DNA of 64,000 nucleotides from Macrostomum lignano (Eukaryota): NCBI GenBank assembly GCA_002269645.1, contig NIVC01000721.1, positions 1 to 64,000 of the forward strand, read 5' to 3'. Shown piece by piece: positions 59,451 to 64,000 of this stretch (position 1 is its first letter; each line of letters starts with the position of its first letter). The notes under the pieces were generated by a model. It saw only the letters and a program-made list of their open reading frames with translations, ran no database searches and was not told where the DNA came from. The position numbers and the translations under genes were made by a program.

Positions 59451-59907
59451 TTAGGGAGTAGTTACACTCCTTAAGTGGGACTTGCGAATGGGAACCTAGA
59501 CTCGGGGAGACAACACATTGTAAAAATAAAATATAAAGTGAGAGACCGAGAGGAAGACTTGTAGACAGGGCAAGAGTAAAATCTTCATAAACAGTTACAA
59601 ATTGGAAGGCGAAAATGGCTGAGCAAATGAGAAAATCATCGATCTATATCAAAGAATTTTGCCTTTAACTTAATATCGCTCATTGAAGGCAACAAAAAGC
59701 GACAGGTGCACTAGCAAATTAAGAACGAAGAGACCTCACAGCTGAATGTGTAACATAGAACTATAGATAGAGTATAAATATTTGGCCAGAAAAAATCCTT
59801 AGGGTTCACTTTCATTTTTGCAAGTTAAAAAACGGTGGCATTTCGCCGTCGCCAAAGAGAGTTGATATTCGCGTCTTAGCAGCTGTTCAAACGCACCTAA
59901 AAGGGAA

Positions 59908-61804
59908 ATGAATTGGCATATGATTGGAGTACTTTGCACTTCCTCCTTGCTGTTGCTAGTTTCACACAGAGTTAGGTGTCAGATGCTCACAGATGATGAG
60001 AAGGCTAGTACTCTGGACTTTGCCAATTATCTAAGGCGGAACACGGTGCCGAAAGCTTCCGATATGAACGGCTTGGTGAGTACCATCGCGTCAAAGCTGC
60101 ATAGGACATTGTCATAGACCATACTTGTAAACCCGAAAGTAAACCCGACACTTGGCCCAACAAGCCGGCCCACTTCTTTACGTTAGTCTGTTTTCTCTAA
60201 CTAGCTCTGGGACACAAACTTGGAGATGCTGGCTCAACTAGCGGCCAACAGGTGCCTTTTTGAGCACAACTACAGCGGCCCGTACGCTTCGCTGGGCGAA
60301 ATTTTGTACCGCGGTGGCAGTCGCAACTTCCAGCACATTCTGGCCTTCATGTTCCTGGAGCGAGAGAACTACAACTATTCGACTGGCCAGTGTAGCGGCG
60401 CGAAGTATCCGTTTTTTACAACCTGCGGTCACTATTTGCAGCTTGTACACGCCGCCACCAGCAGGATTGGCTGCGCCGTGCAGGTGTGCAACGGTGTCTA
60501 CTTGGCGGCGTGCGAGTTTAGCCGGTAAAGCCAAGTTAACTTTAATTTATCGAATACCCAGAAAGCTATTAAACTAACGAGACAATTTATTAAGGTGTAA
60601 ATTGTATTGTAAATTGCCACTTAAGATAAATAGTTTGCTGGATTCTCCCGCACTGCAATTAACATTTATTTATACTGTTTACAGATTCTACACGGCTAAT
60701 CGAACCATTCGAAGAGTTAGAAATGGAGTTTAAGGCATGTAACTAATTTTAGATAGCAAAGCATATAATTTGTTGAAAAAAATGGGTTGCCTTAAGAAAA
60801 GTTAAGCTTAAAAAAGTTAATTTAAGCCAAAGCGGCGAATGCTATTTTATCTTAAAGGGGAATAAATTTCGAAGGTCCCAGCGAAAAAAACATTTCTACG
60901 AGCATCCATTCAAGTGACATTGTTTGGAAAAGTGGCCTTCAAAACATTTTCAATTTCGAGTGTTGCGACCTTCTACTTTAGTAGTCCTTGGGTGTAAGTA
61001 GGTACAGGGTTTGTGTTACTACAAATTGAGGTTCGTGTCGTCGACAAGCAAAGATCTATGGACTCGATCCATGGAAAATCTGCAGATGCACCAGGTCGTG
61101 GACTACCGAAGGTTGAAGTGACCTATGCCCAAGAAAACATGAGGTCATTATGAGGTCTTGTAGACAGTCGAATATTCTATGGGATAGCAACTCCCGCGGA
61201 ACAATTAGGTCATGCAAATACCAAGCCTACCGAATTCATAATAACCGCAGGCAATACGCCAGTCCGCCCTATTTGAGCGGCGAGCCTGGCACCAAGTGCG
61301 GCAACGGTTACGCCACCTACTCTCAACAGGGCCTTTGCTACGCCATCATGTACGGCGAGCCAGCGCCAATACCGGGACCGTTCGGTAATTAAATGTAGAC
61401 AGATCCATGTTGGACAGCAGAAAAGTACATTTCTTATCTTATGACGAACCGAGCAATTTATAACTAATTTCAGATTGCAAGCTGACCTGCATGAACTATG
61501 GCAACTTGACAACAATGCCGTTCTGCAGTTGCACCTGTCCATCGGGTTTCTATGGTGTTAGATGCGAAAGTACGAGTAAAATAAAAAATGTATTCACTCG
61601 GATCCACCGAAATATTAACCATCCCTACAAAAATGATTTTTCTATGACTCTATGTTTTAGAAAAGAATATCTACTACGCGAGTTCAATTCCCAACGACTG
61701 CACTGCTCAGGCGGTGAGCTGCAAGAATGGTGGCAGTCCAACTATGCTTGGCAGCGCTTGCAAATGCGTCTGCCAAGCATACTTTGGCGGCGAGAGTTGT
61801 GAAG
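59908..61804 (+). CDS. Secreted CAP/SCP protein followed by EGF-like repeats; 3' end unresolved
   Basis: In-frame exons 59908-60075, 60205-60524, 61251-61384, 61474-61569, 61661-61804. ASDMNGLLWD, CGHYLQLVHAATSRIGCA, then CMNYG...CTCPSGFYGVRCE and CKNGG...CVCQAYFGGESCE. Candidate later exons at ~62595-62829 and ~63768-63881. Confidence 0.8.
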
Positions 61805-64000
61805 GTTTGTTCTGTGCTACCTGCTAATTACAATTGAAAATTTGAATGCCATGGAAGCTGTTTTAAGTGGCTATCCAAAGTAGACCGATTGATGATGCAT
61901 GTTGCTGAATCACTGAGTTCTATCAAACCATTAGCGAAACTTGCACCGATGTAAAACAACGATCTTTCAAGGTCAAATTGTTTTTGATATAAGAACTACC
62001 TGGCGTCAATGGAAGAATTCCTGATAAGGATTTTGGCATTACCCAGGCACATAACATTTAGACAACGATTTAACTTCAGCAAATCGGCAACCGATATATC
62101 ACAGTACGAGCGTATTTTTTCGCGCTAAACATTTTACAGCATGAGCATAGGAACGGGGCTAGCAGGCTTGGCAGAATAAGTCTAAAGACAAAAATTAAAG
62201 TGGTTTCATAACAAAAAACTGGTGAAGCCATTGCCCCATTTGCCTCTCTCTGTTCCTTATACGCCTATGTCTTGACTACGCCTAGGTCTATCAGATGACA
62301 CTGACAAATCTATCAGAGTCCATTCTGGTAACCTGAAAAAGCTCAGAGCTGATCATGTGACATCCCTTTGTTTCTGTGGAATGCACAATAGAATGGCTGA
62401 AACCCACCGAATTCCCTCCTTTGCAGTAAACCTCCAACAGATGAAAAGCAGCCTATTCGTCTACTTGGGAGGTAAAACAATTTACCAGAGCTACCATCCA
62501 GTAAATTTGACACTTGTGAGTTGATAATCTTGTCTTTTATTAAGATGCACAAGGACATGAGCTCCGGGTTAACAAAAGATGCTTCCCCTTTCAGTGGAAT
62601 GCAACCGGAATGCGAGGCAGCTTTAAGCAGGCCCTAACCTCGGGGATCAACAACTACTGCCTAAGCAATTCACCGCTGTGCTGTTCGAACGCCAGCCAAC
62701 CTGTCGGTGGTGCATTTGTTCAGGCGGAGAATTTTCACGACACTGACAACTATCCTAGCCAAGAGATTGACGGAACAATGGTGGCTGCGGTGCACTACAC
62801 TCTGAGTACTACTGTGGCAATGCAGTGCAGTAAGTCGAGTTAAATGAGACGCAGCTTATCAATACGAGAATGCGGAACCCTTCAGGCCGTTTCTCTGTTT
62901 CAATCTGGCGCATCTGAACTTAAATTGTACACTTTTATGGCTCCACCGATTCCAACAGAAGACCGTCAAAGCCTGATCTAAAGCCAAAATCAATAACGGA
63001 TCATGCATTCTAGCTGCCGCTCAAATCATTGATAGCAATGGAGCATCCGCTTATAGTATTGTATTGATAGGCCGTGTCTATAGCAATACACGGCCCTAGC
63101 TTTACTATATCGAAACCAAAAGTGGTAAAGCGACATATATGGTAACTAACGACACAATATCTGACACAAATGCTTGCTAAAAATGCCTCACTTCAAGAAC
63201 CATATACAAGGCAGACGACGCTGTGCGACGAGAATGCACAGAGATGGCAATATCTGCTGTCAAGACAGCTCTCAAGCGAAGGCTAACAGAACCTGCTGTA
63301 ACAGAAAAAACTCCGGGAGCGGCCTACAGAGGGCGATTGGAATCATCGCTGCCCAGTCATTACATTGAACCCCCGTTGAAGTGGCACATCCATGCTCTAC
63401 AGTACGCATCGAGATGCACATTTGCACAAACTGACCAACAAATTTCGCTCACTTTTACGACAAGTTCGTTTCAGTCAACCAGTATTCGAACAGAAGAGTG
63501 AAAGGACTGCACTGTGTTGTACGAGCATACTGTGCACTTAGTCATGCTACAGGAAGCGGCAACAGATTTTGTGTAATGACTTTTTTAACCTTAGGTTTAA
63601 TCTTAAAACATTGCTAGCAATAGATCGTAAAGGCTATTACGTACTACATTATTTAATTCATTCGCCATTTTCCGTGCTGCAAACGCCAAAGCCCGAGTCA
63701 AGTGAATAGTAAGTTTTCTAGTCGCAGGTTGACAAAACTGTACATTATTAATACTCTACTCTTCCAGATAGTGGACTGCCATTACTGAACAAAAGCATCT
63801 TGTTGGAAGCGTGGAAGACAATCGAAACTGAATTGAAACAGGCAGTGCTGCAGGAGTCCGGACTCAATGTGGTTCGCATTGGTTAAGCAGCATGTATTCA
63901 AACTGCATACAGATTGTCCAGACTAACGATTCTTTTGTCTTAGATCAATTAACTATTTAAGTGCTATTTACTCGTAATTGGGCGATGGTTGATATGTTAA

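Noticed and set aside
61860-62560. Faint CR1-like RT words (KDFGIT; KGMSHDQL)
   Set aside because: Too short and on inconsistent strands to support a call; may overlap exons of the CAP-EGF gene

Overview
Eukaryotic (metazoan) genomic DNA with GC-rich exons, GT-AG introns and a distinct 15-65 bp tandem repeat in most introns. This style suggests a Macrostomum-like free-living flatworm, which is an inference only. Genes reconstructed from splice sites and protein motifs are: glutamate dehydrogenase (4 exons, 8.8-kb third intron), a DHCR24-like sterol reductase, a two-TM RING-CH-like ligase, an intact intronless secreted sphingomyelinase-D/PLD toxin-like gene with a 10-Cys C-terminal domain, SPAG6/PF16, an orphan secreted Cys-rich protein, TM9SF1, an achaete-scute-type bHLH, two CAP/SCP genes (one with EGF repeats) and MEIOB. 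The GDH intron is nested. It holds an antisense pseudogenised copy of the PLD gene, split by an Ingi-like non-LTR retrotransposon inserted in a (CAG)n run. That element has a predicted HDV-like ribozyme fold at its 5' end, a 2A-like peptide, three PHD fingers, APE, an RT lacking its catalytic core, RNase H and a CCHC motif. The window also has three diverged long-TIR IS630/Tc1-like elements encoding only a helix-turn-helix region. One is interrupted by a 63-bp micro-transposon. Several MITEs, a tRNA-derived SINE, LINE/LTR remnants and a perfect 35-bp hairpin are also present. All calls were made by eye; no database searches were run.
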